Source: an uncultured Rickettsiales bacterium (GTDB taxonomy: Bacteria; Pseudomonadota; Alphaproteobacteria; Rickettsiales; UBA8987). From it: a stretch of 64,000 nt of DNA. Shown piece by piece: positions 49,475-60,555 of this stretch. Both the position numbers and the translations under genes were made by a program. The stretch covers positions 10,128 through 74,127 of the forward strand of contig CAZPQM010000004.1 in assembly GCA_964588995.1 (NCBI GenBank). Direction: 5' to 3'. The notes under the pieces were generated by a model. It was not told the origin of the DNA and did not search any database. It was given only the letters and a program-made list of their open reading frames with translations. Position 1 is the first letter of the stretch, and the number at the start of each line of letters is the position of its first letter.

Positions 49475-49570
49475 GTCATTACCCGAATTTTACGAAGTAA
49501 AATTATAGGGTAATCTCCATATACCACATTGGATTGCCCTATAGTTGCTATCGTAACTCGGGCAATGACA
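49475..49570. repeat. REPIN-like palindromic element
   Basis: cgtcattacccga...tatagggtaatc / gattgccctata...tcgggcaatgac. Confidence 0.75.
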
Positions 49571-49578
49571 AACAGGCA

Positions 49579-50391
49579 TCACACCCCCAAAACAAACATA
49601 CCGAGCTCGTCGGCATGTTTGATGACATCATCCCGGTTGATGACGAGCGAGCCGCCGGCTTCCACGGCGATACCCCGCAGGTTGGAGGCGAAGGCATTTT
49701 CAATCGTATGTACGCCGATGCTCGGCAGGTCAACACGCGTATCCTGCCCGGGTTTGCGCATTTTAACCAAAACACCGCCCGGCCCATCGGTATGTAATGG
49801 TGCGCAGCGGCTGATCAGCTTGTCAGTACCTTCTGCAGCTTCCACGCCGAGTATCATCCCATTTTGGATAATCACCGCCTGCCCGATATCGAGCTTGCCG
49901 ATTTCAAGCGCGGCTTTCCGGCCCAGTTCAATATCGCGAAGCGCCTGCTTGTCGGGTTTGACCGTCCCCAGCGGACCCTCGCTGATCAGGAGATCGCGCA
50001 ATACGGAATCCACCCCGATGACGGTAAAGCCGCGCTCCTCAATGAACTCGATGATGGTGGAAAAGACCTGATCATCACCAGCAGCATTTAATTTGCGCAA
50101 ACGGTTCAGCAGGCGCATGCCGGTAAAGTCGAGCTTTAATTGGGCAAAGCTGGGGCGGCCAACGCCCCCGGCCAGCACGATTTCCGTCACATCCGCCTGT
50201 CGCAACTGCTTGAAAATTTTACCAACCTGTCCAAGCTGCACGACATTATGCTCCACCTGACGGTAGCTGACCGGGTTGGTAATCCGCTCAAAGCCGATGA
50301 CATGGATTGGCCGCTCCTGATCATGACAGGCGTCAATCACCTGTTTCGGCAGGTCACCTCCGCCAGCAATTATGCCGAGTTTCGCCGTCAT
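49579..50391 (-). CDS. lpxI: UDP-2,3-diacylglucosamine diphosphatase
   Basis: IIAGGGDLP, DIGQ, EAAEGTD, QDTRVDLPSIG. Confidence 0.93.
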   Translation of the reverse strand: MTAKLGIIAGGGDLPKQVIDACHDQERPIHVIGFERITNPVSYRQVEHNVVQLGQVGKIFKQLRQADVTEIVLAGGVGRPSFAQLKLDFTGMRLLNRLRKLNAAGDDQVFSTIIEFIEERGFTVIGVDSVLRDLLISEGPLGTVKPDKQALRDIELGRKAALEIGKLDIGQAVIIQNGMILGVEAAEGTDKLISRCAPLHTDGPGGVLVKMRKPGQDTRVDLPSIGVHTIENAFASNLRGIAVEAGGSLVINRDDVIKHADELGMFVLGV

Positions 50392-51182
50392 TTCTCAAGC
50401 CTTGGTTGCGTAAGCGAACGCGTATTATCGCTCTGCATAAAGGCAATGATTTCGCTGATCAGTTCATGATCTTTAAACATGTCAGCGACATCTTCAATGC
50501 GTTCTTCAAGCGTACCTTCCGGGGAAAAGAGCATGCGGTAGGCCGCGCGGAGATCATGAATCGCCTCACGGTCAAAATTGCGCCGCTTGAGCCCTATCAG
50601 GTTCAGCCCGGAGAGGTGCGCACGCTCGCCCATCGCCATGGAGTAGGGGATGACATCGTTCTCAATACCGCTCATACCGCCGATCATCGCGTGCTTGCCG
50701 ATGCGTACAAACTGATGCACCGCGGAAAGCCCACCGATGCGGACATAATCTTCCAGCGTTACATGGCCGGCCAGGGTGGCATTATTCGCGAGAATCACAT
50801 GGTTACCCACCCGGCAGTCATGGCCGATATGTACGCCGACCATGAACAGCCCATGATCGCCGATTACGGTTTTACCGCCGCCGCCTTCCGTCCCCGGATT
50901 CATGGTGACATGCTCGCGGATGGTGTTCTGCGCGCCGATTTCGAGCGTTGTTTTTTCACCGTGATATTTCATGTCCTGCGGGATCGTACCCAGTGAGGTA
51001 AAGGGGAAGATGGTGGTTCCTTCGCCGATGGTGGTGTGCCCCTCAATCACGACATGCGGATGTACGGTAACGTTTTTGCCTAGCGAGACATGCGGCCCGA
51101 TCATCGAATAGGCGCCAATGGTCACGCCATCGGCAATGGATGCCTTAGGATCGACAATGGCAGTGGGGTGGATGTCGGGCAC
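50388..51182 (-). CDS. lpxA: UDP-GlcNAc acyltransferase
   Basis: IHPTAIV, hexapeptide repeats, HIGHDC, HQFVRIG. Confidence 0.96.
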   Translation of the reverse strand: MPDIHPTAIVDPKASIADGVTIGAYSMIGPHVSLGKNVTVHPHVVIEGHTTIGEGTTIFPFTSLGTIPQDMKYHGEKTTLEIGAQNTIREHVTMNPGTEGGGGKTVIGDHGLFMVGVHIGHDCRVGNHVILANNATLAGHVTLEDYVRIGGLSAVHQFVRIGKHAMIGGMSGIENDVIPYSMAMGERAHLSGLNLIGLKRRNFDREAIHDLRAAYRMLFSPEGTLEERIEDVADMFKDHELISEIIAFMQSDNTRSLTQPRLEK

Positions 51183-51186
51183 GAAG

Positions 51187-51624
51187 CTAGCCTTTATCCT
51201 GAATCATAGCGGCGATGGTCGCTTCGGTCGTTACTTCGCCCTCCACCTCGGCATGGACGGCCAGCTTATACAGCATGCCGCGATTGCGGATAATTTCGAC
51301 ATGGAGTTTCAGGCAATCGCCCGGACTGACGGGCTTACGGAATTTTGCCTGCTCAATCGAGGTGAAATAAACCAGTTTACCCTCGACCTCCTTGCCAAGC
51401 GTTTCAACCACCAGTGCGGCAGAGGTCTGCGCGAGCGCCTCGATAATCAGCACGCCGGGCATGATCGGGTGACCGGGGAAATGCCCCTGAAAATGCGGCT
51501 CGTTCATCGTCACATTCTTGAGACCGACGGCGCGCTTGCCCGGCTCGACTTCGAGAATGCGATCTACCAGCAAGAGCGGGTAGCGATGAGGGATCATTTC
51601 AATGATGCGCTGAATATCAATCAT
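51187..51624 (-). CDS. fabZ: 3-hydroxyacyl-ACP dehydratase
   Basis: PHRYPLLLVD, FQGHFP, PGVLIIEALAQ. Confidence 0.97.
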   Translation of the reverse strand: MIDIQRIIEMIPHRYPLLLVDRILEVEPGKRAVGLKNVTMNEPHFQGHFPGHPIMPGVLIIEALAQTSAALVVETLGKEVEGKLVYFTSIEQAKFRKPVSPGDCLKLHVEIIRNRGMLYKLAVHAEVEGEVTTEATIAAMIQDKG

Positions 51625-51627
51625 AAG

Positions 51628-52629
51628 CTAGGTCTTCTTCGTTAATCTGGACAGGGCAATGCTCTGGCGGTGATATTGCTTGATCGGCACAGCCGGACTG
51701 CCGCCGACCACTTCACCCGCCTTGACATCTTTCATCACGCCACTCTGCGCAGCGATCTGAGCACCTTTACCAAGGGAAAGGTGACCTGTCAAACCTGCCT
51801 GACCGCCTACGACACAAAAATCGCCCAGCTGCGTACTCCCGCTAATGCCCACCTGCGCCACGATGATACAGCCATAGCCCAGCTGGACATTATGCGCGAT
51901 CTGTACGAGGTTATCGATTTTACACCCTTCGCCGATGATGGTATCCGGGCCTGCGCCGCGGTCAATGGTGGTATTCGCGCCTATTTCCACGTAATCGTGA
52001 ATCATAACCCGGCCAAGCTGAGGCACTTTGATGTGCCGCCCCTGATGCGTCGCAAAGCCAAATCCATCCTGCCCGATCGCTGAGCCGGGATGAATGATGA
52101 CATGATTGCCGAGAATGGTTTTCTGCAGGCTGACATTCGGGTGGATGACGCAGGAATTGCCGACAACCACCCCGTCGCCGATGACCGCGCCGGGATGTAT
52201 CACGCTATGCTGCCCGATCGTCACGCCGCGCCCGATATAGGCGGCGTCTGAAACATGCGCTTTCGGGTCAATCACGGTTTCGGGATAGTCAGGTTCGGCA
52301 TGATCCGGGTAGAACAGGCTCGCCGTTAGCGCGTAGGCGAAATAGGGGGCCTCGCTGATGAGCGGAACCGTGTGCTCCGGCAGGAGAGGCGCGGTTTCCT
52401 CCGTAACGAAACAGGCACCGGCCTGAGTTGCCTCTGCATCCTGCTTATATTTTAGGTTGTCCAGGAAGCTGATCGCTGAAGCGGTAGCGGTTTTTAAGTC
52501 CGCGACATCGTTGAAACCTTGCTCCTCATCCTCTTGCGTCGAGAGCGAAAGACCATGCCGCAAGGCATGGTCCATAATATCGCTAAGCCGGTAAGGGCCG
52601 GTATTCTTAAAAAAGGTAGGATCGGCCAC
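51628..52629 (-). CDS. lpxD: UDP-3-O-acylglucosamine N-acyltransferase
   Basis: [27 protein letters not shown]. Confidence 0.96.
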   Translation of the reverse strand: MADPTFFKNTGPYRLSDIMDHALRHGLSLSTQEDEEQGFNDVADLKTATASAISFLDNLKYKQDAEATQAGACFVTEETAPLLPEHTVPLISEAPYFAYALTASLFYPDHAEPDYPETVIDPKAHVSDAAYIGRGVTIGQHSVIHPGAVIGDGVVVGNSCVIHPNVSLQKTILGNHVIIHPGSAIGQDGFGFATHQGRHIKVPQLGRVMIHDYVEIGANTTIDRGAGPDTIIGEGCKIDNLVQIAHNVQLGYGCIIVAQVGISGSTQLGDFCVVGGQAGLTGHLSLGKGAQIAAQSGVMKDVKAGEVVGGSPAVPIKQYHRQSIALSRLTKKT

Positions 52630-52652
52630 CGGCGAGTCCTAAAAAACGTTGC

Positions 52653-53177
52653 TTATTGCTCGATATTCAGCTTAATGCTCGGCATTTCCTTGTCCAAACG
52701 CTTAAGTACAGCCTGCGAAATATCCAGCCCATCTTCATTATACAGCAGGCGAGACTTCGTAATCGCGACGGTAAATTCCTTATCCTCAGCAATATCAGCA
52801 ATGATATCCCTTATTTTATCCCGCACCTGATCGGTCGCCTCTTTATTAGCCTTCTCCAGCTGGGAACGGCGCATTTGCAGGAGTTTTTGCGTCTCTACAA
52901 AACGCGCGCGGAAATCCTTTGCTTTCTGTTCAAACGCTTCTTGCGAAATAATGTCCTTCTGCTTCGCCAGTTCTTCGTCCTCTTTCAGTAGCTCTTTCTC
53001 TTGCTTTTCCACTTCTTTCTGGAATTCGGAGCGCTTCGCTTCGATCTGCTGTTTAATATTTTGGACGACTTTAGAATTTTCAAAAACCTGCTCATCTACG
53101 ACCGCGATGGTCTGGGCGAATGCCGGTAAGGTGGTTAAAGATAAGATGGTGATGCAAATTGCAGCGGCTAAACGCAT
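52653..53177 (-). CDS. skp: OmpH/Skp chaperone
   Basis: Signal peptide, IAVVD, coiled coil, DIS..VLKRLD; between bamA and lpxD. Confidence 0.85.
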   Translation of the reverse strand: MRLAAAICITILSLTTLPAFAQTIAVVDEQVFENSKVVQNIKQQIEAKRSEFQKEVEKQEKELLKEDEELAKQKDIISQEAFEQKAKDFRARFVETQKLLQMRRSQLEKANKEATDQVRDKIRDIIADIAEDKEFTVAITKSRLLYNEDGLDISQAVLKRLDKEMPSIKLNIEQ

Positions 53178-53217
53178 AAGAACTCCCGTAAGTTAATTGA
53201 CGGCCCAACGGCCTGTA

Positions 53218-55572
53218 TTAGAATCGTGTACCAAAACTAAATCTGACGATTTCTGTTTCGTCAAAGTCTTCTTTAACAATCGCATCGGAAATGTCAATAC
53301 GTATTGGTCCGAGCGGTGAACTCCATGACACGCCGAACCCGACAGATACCCGTGCGCTGGATTCATCTAACACCCGGCTCGTCGTACCTGTAGTCGGGTC
53401 GGTGAAATCGTCGTCATCCGTACCGAATAACGTACCGACATCGGTGAATAGAGCACCTTCTACGCCGAGCTCTTCCGGTAAGCCGAGTGGAAAGCCGACC
53501 TCGACCGAGCCGATAGCGTAGTTATTACCGCCGAGCGGATCGCGTGAGGCGTCGTCACGCGGGCCGATACCTTCGTTGTCGAAGCCGCGCATTTCGTTCT
53601 GTCCGATGAAGAACCGGTCGTTAATCCGCACATCCTCACCACCAAAAGCTGTCACATTACCCAGGCTACCGGTCAACCGCAGCGTAATATCATCGGTTAT
53701 GAAGGGCTGATAATAACCGGCGCGGACTTCGTGGCGGAGAAATTTCGCATCACCTCCCAGCCCGGCTACATCCTGATTAAAGCGGAGGAAGAAGCCATCA
53801 CGCGGGTTGAAGCGGCTATCACGCTTATCGTAAATCAAGGAATGGCCGACCAGTGAAGTCGTATTCTTTCCTTCCTGCCGTTTGATGAATTCCGAAGCAA
53901 GCTCGTCGACATCCGTAATATCGTCCGAACGTAGCGAGTAGCGCAGCGAGTGACGCAAATGATCGGTCACGGAATACGCACCGCGCAACACCGTACCTAC
54001 GGTTTCATTGTCAAACGTACGGTTGGTGCGTGCGGAATCCCCGTCACGGGTAATGCTGAAAATATCAAACCCGGCCGCAAAATCCTTACCGAGGAAGTAG
54101 GGTTCGGTGAAGCTCAGGTCGATTTCCTGCCGCACGGAGGCGAGCGTAAAATTCAGTTTCAGAAATTGTCCCTTACCCAGCAGGTTACGCTCGGTGATGC
54201 TGATATCGCCGAGGGCACCATCGGTGGAGGAGAAACCGGCTCCGAACGTCAGCTCACCCGTTGACTGCTCTTCGACATCGACATTGACATTAATACGGTC
54301 CGGCGCGCTACCGGGCTCGTTCGAGAATTCGGTTTTACTGAAAAAGCCGAGATTTTCGATTTTCTGTTTCGAGCGTTTGATTTGAGAAGCATTATACGGG
54401 TCTCCTTCGGCCAGGTTAAATTCCCGCCGGATGACCCGGTCCAGCGTCCGGACATTGCCGCTGATATTGATGTTTTCCACATAGACGCGCGGCCCCTGTT
54501 TAATAATATAATTCAGACCGATGGTACGATCTTCCTCATTCTTATTATAGCGCGGCTCGATATCCACAAAAGCGTAGCCCAGATCACCGAGGAAATCGGT
54601 CAATATCTGCGAGCTGTTTTCAATTTCATTGGCGTCAAACACATCACCCTTTTCGGTGGTCAGCTGCTGCTGCAGATCGGTTGCATCCACCTGCTTGACC
54701 GTGCTTGTCACCTCCATATCGCCGAACGTGTAGCGTGGTCCTTCCTCAACCGTAAAGGTGATAATAAAATCGGACTTATCCGGGGTCAGCTCGGCATTCG
54801 CTGAGAGCACGCGGAAATCGGCATAGCCTTCTGATACGTAAAAGCGGCGGAGCAATTCTTTATCAAACTCCAGCCGATCAGGATCGAACGTATCATTGCT
54901 CGACAAAATCCGGTACCAGCGCGTTTCCTTGGTCGCGAGCACTGCACGCAGCCGCTCATCATTAAACGCTTCGTTACCGGTAAACACGATACGCGCGATT
55001 TCGGACTTATCACCTTCGTCAATCTCATAGACGAGATTGACGCGATTCTGCTCGAGCGGGATGATTTTCGGCACTACTTCCGCCCCGAAACGACCATTGC
55101 GCTGATAGATCGTCAGAATGCGCTTCACATCCTGCTGAATGGCGGATTTTGAATAAACCGAGCGAGGACCTAACGAGGTTTCCTGCGCGAGCTCTTCATC
55201 ATCTATACGTTTGTTGCCTTCAAAAATCACATCGGAGATGATCGGGTTTTCCACCACGGTAACGATCAGCTTATTCTGCCGGCTTGAAATGGTGATATCG
55301 GCGAATAATCCGGAGTCATAGAGTTTTTCAAGCGCTTCATTAACCTCGCTTTCCGAGACCCGGCCACCCGTTTCCAGCCCAAGGAAGGTGAGAATCGTCT
55401 CATTCTCGACGCGTTCATTGCCTCGCACCTCAATCGTCTCCACCTGCACGGTTTCCTGTGACAATGCAGGTTGGGGTGCCAGCGTAACGGCTGCGCCGCC
55501 CATACCGACCGTCATAAAGGCCAGCGACGTGGAAATGCCCAACCGTGCTAGAAACGAACCTGCTGATGTCAT
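53218..55572 (-). CDS. bamA: Outer membrane assembly factor BamA
   Basis: POTRA repeats, MRGF, C-terminal FSFGTRF. Confidence 0.96.
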   Translation of the reverse strand: MTSAGSFLARLGISTSLAFMTVGMGGAAVTLAPQPALSQETVQVETIEVRGNERVENETILTFLGLETGGRVSESEVNEALEKLYDSGLFADITISSRQNKLIVTVVENPIISDVIFEGNKRIDDEELAQETSLGPRSVYSKSAIQQDVKRILTIYQRNGRFGAEVVPKIIPLEQNRVNLVYEIDEGDKSEIARIVFTGNEAFNDERLRAVLATKETRWYRILSSNDTFDPDRLEFDKELLRRFYVSEGYADFRVLSANAELTPDKSDFIITFTVEEGPRYTFGDMEVTSTVKQVDATDLQQQLTTEKGDVFDANEIENSSQILTDFLGDLGYAFVDIEPRYNKNEEDRTIGLNYIIKQGPRVYVENINISGNVRTLDRVIRREFNLAEGDPYNASQIKRSKQKIENLGFFSKTEFSNEPGSAPDRINVNVDVEEQSTGELTFGAGFSSTDGALGDISITERNLLGKGQFLKLNFTLASVRQEIDLSFTEPYFLGKDFAAGFDIFSITRDGDSARTNRTFDNETVGTVLRGAYSVTDHLRHSLRYSLRSDDITDVDELASEFIKRQEGKNTTSLVGHSLIYDKRDSRFNPRDGFFLRFNQDVAGLGGDAKFLRHEVRAGYYQPFITDDITLRLTGSLGNVTAFGGEDVRINDRFFIGQNEMRGFDNEGIGPRDDASRDPLGGNNYAIGSVEVGFPLGLPEELGVEGALFTDVGTLFGTDDDDFTDPTTGTTSRVLDESSARVSVGFGVSWSSPLGPIRIDISDAIVKEDFDETEIVRFSFGTRF

Positions 55573-55587
55573 ACCCGACCCCTACCG

Positions 55588-56700
55588 CTAAAAAATACCG
55601 AAATGCTTCAAATCATTAAAGGTTGCAAAAAGCATTAGCATAATGAGAACGACAAAACCACCGCGAAAGAAATATTCCTGCGCCGCATCGGACAATGGTT
55701 TGCCGCGTATGGCCTCAAAGACATAAAACATCAGGTGCCCACCATCCAGCAGCGGGATGGGGAACAGGTTCACCAGTCCCAGATTGATCGACAGGACCGC
55801 CATGAACCAGAACACCATGCGCCAGCCCGCTTCGACCGATTGGCCGGAATAATCCGCAATCCGGAGGATGCCGCTTAGCTGGTCGGCACTGCGGGTACCC
55901 ATGATCATCTGACCGACGGCCTGTAGCGTACGTTTCGACAAATTATAGGTCTCGACGACGGCGGCTCCCATCGACTCGACAATGCCGAGCTTGGCATGTT
56001 TCGGTTCGGCAGGGGCAATTCCGATAAGGCCAAGCTCAATATCGTTGCCGAAGGCATCTTCGGAGGCGGAGAGCTTCGGTGTAATCGTATCTTCAATGAT
56101 TTCATCGCCGCGTTGATAGCGGATTTCCATCGGGATATTCGGATGCAGCATGACAATATCCTGAATCTGACGGAAGCGGCTGATCGACTCCCCGTCGAGG
56201 CTGACAATGACATCGCCTGCCTGCAGCCCGATTTCCGCTGCGGCGCTGTCTTCCATCACTTCACCGATCTGCGACGTTGTTTCCGGGCGCCCATACACCA
56301 CGAAGAAAAACGCGAGAATGGCGATCGCGAGCAGGAAATTCGCCATCGGACCCGCTAGCACGATCAGGAACTTTTGCCACAGCGGTTGGGTATGGAAGGC
56401 AACCTTTTCTTCTTCCGGCGTCAGCTTTTTTATTTTCTCATTATCCGGGGTGCTAGCTGCGCCTTCGTCACCGAACATTTTGACGTAGCCACCCATGGGT
56501 ATGGAGCTGATTTTCCAGCGTGTGCCTGATTTGTCGTTCCAGCCCCAAAGTTCCGGGCCGAAGCCAATCGAGAAAGCATCGATTTTAACACCGCATTTTT
56601 TCGCAACCCAGTAATGACCGTATTCATGGATGAAGACGATCACCGAGATGATCAGAATGAAAGAAAAAATATTATGCGCAATCAGCGTAAGTAAATCCAT
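55588..56700 (-). CDS. rseP: RIP metalloprotease RseP
   Basis: HEYGH, PDZ domain, NLFPIPLLDGGH. Confidence 0.95.
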   Translation of the reverse strand: MDLLTLIAHNIFSFILIISVIVFIHEYGHYWVAKKCGVKIDAFSIGFGPELWGWNDKSGTRWKISSIPMGGYVKMFGDEGAASTPDNEKIKKLTPEEEKVAFHTQPLWQKFLIVLAGPMANFLLAIAILAFFFVVYGRPETTSQIGEVMEDSAAAEIGLQAGDVIVSLDGESISRFRQIQDIVMLHPNIPMEIRYQRGDEIIEDTITPKLSASEDAFGNDIELGLIGIAPAEPKHAKLGIVESMGAAVVETYNLSKRTLQAVGQMIMGTRSADQLSGILRIADYSGQSVEAGWRMVFWFMAVLSINLGLVNLFPIPLLDGGHLMFYVFEAIRGKPLSDAAQEYFFRGGFVVLIMLMLFATFNDLKHFGIF

Positions 56701-56778
56701 ATAGCGTCCTATCTTTCGCGCCATTATAGGGTTTTGCACCCAATGTGCAAGGAGGAGGTTTTAGGTTTTAGGGTATGG

Positions 56779-57215
56779 GTCATCCTGAGCGGAGCGCCAG
56801 CGAAGCCGAAGGATCGTTTACCCCCGTCATCGCGAGGAGGGCTTTAGCCCGACGTGGTGATCTCAAGCTGCATATGCCCAGCACCCAGCCGCACGAGATT
56901 GCCGCGCTCCCGTTGGTCGCTCGCAATGACGGCTAACCCTCACCCTACCCCTCCCCCATAGGGAGAGGGAATACAAGAACATTCCTCCCCTGCCTGCGGG
57001 GGAGGCAACGAGGCTAGCTTCTATGAAGCGTAGCCGCAGTGGTGGGGGTGTCATGTGCTTACGGTGAGTAGTCATGCCCCCCTCCCAACCTCCCCCCGCA
57101 AGCAGGGGGAGGAGCAGGAACCCCGTCATCGCGAACGCAGTGAAGTGATCTCAGGCCGCATATACCAAGACGCCCGAGATTGCCGCGCTCCCGTTGGTCG
57201 CTCGCAATGACGGGC
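56779..57215. repeat. Mosaic palindromic repeat array between dxr and rseP
   Basis: Modules E-A-D-C-B-A; module A arm identical to that near 16890-16924. Confidence 0.9.
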
Positions 57216-57288
57216 GGGGCTATTCGCTTTGCTCAGGGCGCCAATCCACCCTCTAACTCTCCCCTTATTGCTAATGGTAAATCGCTGA

Positions 57289-58536
57289 TTATGGATCAGA
57301 CGTAGCTACGGACGTATTGGCAATGGCGCGCTCGCGTTTCTGCTGATCGATCAGGCGGCTGGTCAGCTCTCTGGTGCGTCGTTCCGTTTCATAAACATGC
57401 TCGATCGATTCAATGGCGGCGAAATTCGATAGCTGCAGCGTTTCCTCAACGATGCGCGCAATATCGAGATAGGTAATGCGGTTATTCAGGAATGCATCGA
57501 CCGCGACTTCATTCGCTACATTGAAAATGCACGGCGCACTATCGGCGTACTCCAGGCATTCGCGCGCGAGGCGCAACGCAGGAAAGCGCACTTCATCTGG
57601 TTTTTCAAAGGTGAGCGCGCCAATTTCCAGCAAATTCAATCGCTTGGTCTTGGTGTTAAGTCTTTCAGGCCAGCCGAGCGCGTAGGCAATCGGTACGCAC
57701 ATATCCGGCTCACTTAACCCGGCAACCACTGCGCCATCGGCATAATACACCATGCCGTGGATAATGGATTCCGGATGTACCACCGTTTTCAATCGGGCGG
57801 CTTCAACCCCGAAAAGATGGTAGGCCTCAATCAGCTCAAGCCCCTTATTCATCATGGTCGCAGAATCAACCGAGATTTTCGCGCCCATATCCCAGTTCGG
57901 ATGCGCAACCGCCTGCTCAGGCGTGACATGCTTCATTTCTTCAAGGCTCAACGTGCGGAACGGGCCGCCGGAAGCGGTGAGGTAAATTGCTTCAATCGCG
58001 TCATCGGTCTCGTAATCGGTCGCCTGATAGATCGCGTTATGTTCCGAGTCAACCGGAATGAGAATCGCATTATGCGCGATCGCTTCATCAATCATCAACT
58101 CACCGGCACAAACGAGGCATTCCTTATTGGCGAGGCCAATGGTATTCCCGGCCTGAATCGCGGCGAGGGTAGGGCGGAGGGCTGCAGCGCCAACGATACC
58201 ACTGATCACGATATCGACTTCCGTTGCGGCCGCTTCATCGAGCGCTTCTGCCCCGCAATGCACTTCCACCGGAGTATCTTTCAGCGCATCCTTAACGCGA
58301 AAGAATTTATCGCTGCCCTCAATCACCACATGTTCGGGTTGAAACCGGAGGGCCTGCTTGATCAGCAACTCGGCATTCTGCCCGGCGGTCAGGGCGTTAA
58401 TCTTAAAATGATGCGGCTGGTCGGCAATGACTTTCAGTGTATTCTGCCCGATCGTACCGGTCGAGCCGAGTATGGTCACGCTTCGTGGTGCCACCTGCGG
58501 AGAGAAATGCACTACGTTGCTTTTGGTATGTTTCAT
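57289..58536 (-). CDS. dxr: 1-deoxy-D-xylulose-5-phosphate reductoisomerase
   Basis: LGSTGTIG, LANKE, PVDSEH, HPNWDMGAKISVDSATMMNKGLE. Confidence 0.96.
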   Translation of the reverse strand: MKHTKSNVVHFSPQVAPRSVTILGSTGTIGQNTLKVIADQPHHFKINALTAGQNAELLIKQALRFQPEHVVIEGSDKFFRVKDALKDTPVEVHCGAEALDEAAATEVDIVISGIVGAAALRPTLAAIQAGNTIGLANKECLVCAGELMIDEAIAHNAILIPVDSEHNAIYQATDYETDDAIEAIYLTASGGPFRTLSLEEMKHVTPEQAVAHPNWDMGAKISVDSATMMNKGLELIEAYHLFGVEAARLKTVVHPESIIHGMVYYADGAVVAGLSEPDMCVPIAYALGWPERLNTKTKRLNLLEIGALTFEKPDEVRFPALRLARECLEYADSAPCIFNVANEVAVDAFLNNRITYLDIARIVEETLQLSNFAAIESIEHVYETERRTRELTSRLIDQQKRERAIANTSVATSDP

Positions 58537-58544
58537 GAGTTTTT

Positions 58545-59195
58545 TCACTGTATCGGCCTTATTACAAATAAAAATAACCACGCCACCACAGCCACGGGTA
58601 ATAAACCATCCAGACGATCCAGCACGCCACCATGCGCACCTAGCAGCTTTCCACTATCTTTTACCTGACATTTGCGCTTAATCCAAGACTCAAACAGGTC
58701 ACCGCCCTGAGAAATGATAGAAAAGAAGACCGCAAGCAGAGCATGGACGAAAATGGCAGGCCCTTCAATGGCCATCATATAAGCCGTGGAAGCCAAAGTC
58801 GCTAAGAGAATGCCGCCGATAGCGCCCGCCCAGGTTTTATTCGGGCTAATGCGCGGGGCGAGTTTGCGCCCTCCGAAGCGCTTACCGGCCAGATAGCCCC
58901 CGATATCCGTGCCCCAGACAATCATCAGCAGCCAGATGATCATGGACAAACCGACCTCTTCCAGCTCGCGGATCTGGATCAGTGCCGCGCAGGGAAGGGC
59001 AATATAAGCGAGGCCGAATAGCCCGTAAGGCCGCCAGTCGCGCAAATTGATGATCATGCCCTGCCATTCCAGAAACATGAGCGCGCCAGCGATACTGATC
59101 ATAATCTGAAACGTGATGCCGCCCAGATAGGTCACGTATAGCGCGATAGGAATAAGAATGATGCTATAGAGCAGACGAGAAGTGAGGCTGTTCAT
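58545..59195 (-). CDS. cdsA: Phosphatidate cytidylyltransferase
   Basis: SPNKTWAG, GDLFES..KR...KDSG..L..HGGVLDRLD. Confidence 0.95.
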   Translation of the reverse strand: MNSLTSRLLYSIILIPIALYVTYLGGITFQIMISIAGALMFLEWQGMIINLRDWRPYGLFGLAYIALPCAALIQIRELEEVGLSMIIWLLMIVWGTDIGGYLAGKRFGGRKLAPRISPNKTWAGAIGGILLATLASTAYMMAIEGPAIFVHALLAVFFSIISQGGDLFESWIKRKCQVKDSGKLLGAHGGVLDRLDGLLPVAVVAWLFLFVIRPIQ

Positions 59196-59887
59196 ACCGC
59201 AGCCGCCTTGGCGCGATCTTCCGCTTTGCCGAAACGCCGCTCGCGTCTGGTGAAGTCCTCAAGCGCTGCTTGGAATGCGTCAGCGTCAAAATCCGGCCAT
59301 AAGGTTTCCGTAAAATAGAGTTCAGTATAGGCGCATTGCCAGAGCAAAAAATTGCTGATCCGTTGTTCGCCACCGGTGCGGATCAGTAGGTCAGGATCGG
59401 GAATGCCGCGCGTATACAAGAGGTTAGAGAAATCTTCTTCCGTAATGGAGGACGGGTCGTCCATGCTGCGGATAGCCTGAATCATTTCCTGCCGGCTGCC
59501 ATAGCTAAGCGCCACATTCAGCATGAGCCGCTCATTATCCTGCGTTTCGATTTCCGCACGCTTGACCTTATTCAGTACCTTGGGTTCCAGCCGCGTCAGG
59601 TCGCCCATCGCGCGAAAGCGAACCCCGTTCTGCTTTAATTCGCCCAGCTCTTTCGTGATATAGTACTGCAATAACTCCATCAGACCGTTCACTTCATCGG
59701 GGGAGCGATTCCAGTTTTCAGAAGAAAAGGCGTAGAGTGTAAGGTATTGAATATGATGACGAATACACTCTTCGATGGCGATGCGAGCGGATTTTGCCCC
59801 CTCGCGATGGCCTTTAAGGCGCGGCATGGAACGCTGATTCGCCCAGCGGCCATTTCCATCCATGATAATCGCGAGGTGGTTTAGCAT
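59192..59887 (-). CDS. uppS: Undecaprenyl diphosphate synthase
   Basis: IMDGNGRWA, FSSENW, RTGGEQRISNFLLWQ. Confidence 0.96.
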   Translation of the reverse strand: MLNHLAIIMDGNGRWANQRSMPRLKGHREGAKSARIAIEECIRHHIQYLTLYAFSSENWNRSPDEVNGLMELLQYYITKELGELKQNGVRFRAMGDLTRLEPKVLNKVKRAEIETQDNERLMLNVALSYGSRQEMIQAIRSMDDPSSITEEDFSNLLYTRGIPDPDLLIRTGGEQRISNFLLWQCAYTELYFTETLWPDFDADAFQAALEDFTRRERRFGKAEDRAKAAAV

Positions 59888-59901
59888 ACGGATACTGGAA
59901 T

Positions 59902-59990
59902 GTCATTCACAGCCGAGCGTCGTGAGGCTGGGAATCTCATGCGGTAAGGCCGAGACCCCCATGTTGGCAGCAGCCTCCATGAGGATGACG
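59902..59990. repeat. Degenerate REPIN-like element
   Basis: gtcattcacagcc...ggctgggaatctc...gaggatgacg. Confidence 0.6.
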
Positions 59991-59999
59991 TATACATCG

Positions 60000-60551
60000 T
60001 TAGACTTTCATTATTTCCTGTTCTTTTTCTTCCAGCGCGCTATCGATTTTTTCGACATATTTATCGGTAAGATCCTGAATATCATCGCTTAGAGCATGCA
60101 TTTCGTCCTGCGAAATATCACCATTTTTCTCTTCTTTCTTTATTTCATCCATTCCGTCGCGACGGGTATTGCGAATAGCGATGCGGGCTTTTTCTGCATA
60201 TTGACTGCCGATTTTGACCATCTCCTTGCGGCGTTCTTCCGTCAAATCCGGAATGGGGAGCCGTACCAACTGCCCGTCGGAGGAAGGATTCAGGCCGAGA
60301 TCGGCATTGATAATCGCCTTTTCCACCGCGGGAACGTTGCTCTTATCCCAGACCTGCAGGCTGATCATCCGTGGCTCGGGTACGCTGATGGTTGCCACCT
60401 GATTGAGCGGCATCATCGAGCCGTAAACATCTACCATTACCCCTTCGACCAGGCTTGCCGAGGCGCGGCCGGTGCGAAGCCCTCCTAAATCCTTTTGAAA
60501 TGCGGCGAAGGTATTTTCCATACGTTGTTTTAAATCCGCTAAATCTACCAT
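60000..60551 (-). CDS. frr: Ribosome recycling factor
   Basis: LRTGRAS, PDLTEERRKE, IRNTRRD; start MVDLAD. Confidence 0.96.
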   Translation of the reverse strand: MVDLADLKQRMENTFAAFQKDLGGLRTGRASASLVEGVMVDVYGSMMPLNQVATISVPEPRMISLQVWDKSNVPAVEKAIINADLGLNPSSDGQLVRLPIPDLTEERRKEMVKIGSQYAEKARIAIRNTRRDGMDEIKKEEKNGDISQDEMHALSDDIQDLTDKYVEKIDSALEEKEQEIMKV

Positions 60552-60555
60552 GTTG

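Noticed and set aside
57757-58668. Long antisense ORFs (also 17102-17980, 15790-16647, 39683-40237)
   Set aside because: Shadow frames of real genes with no recognisable motifs
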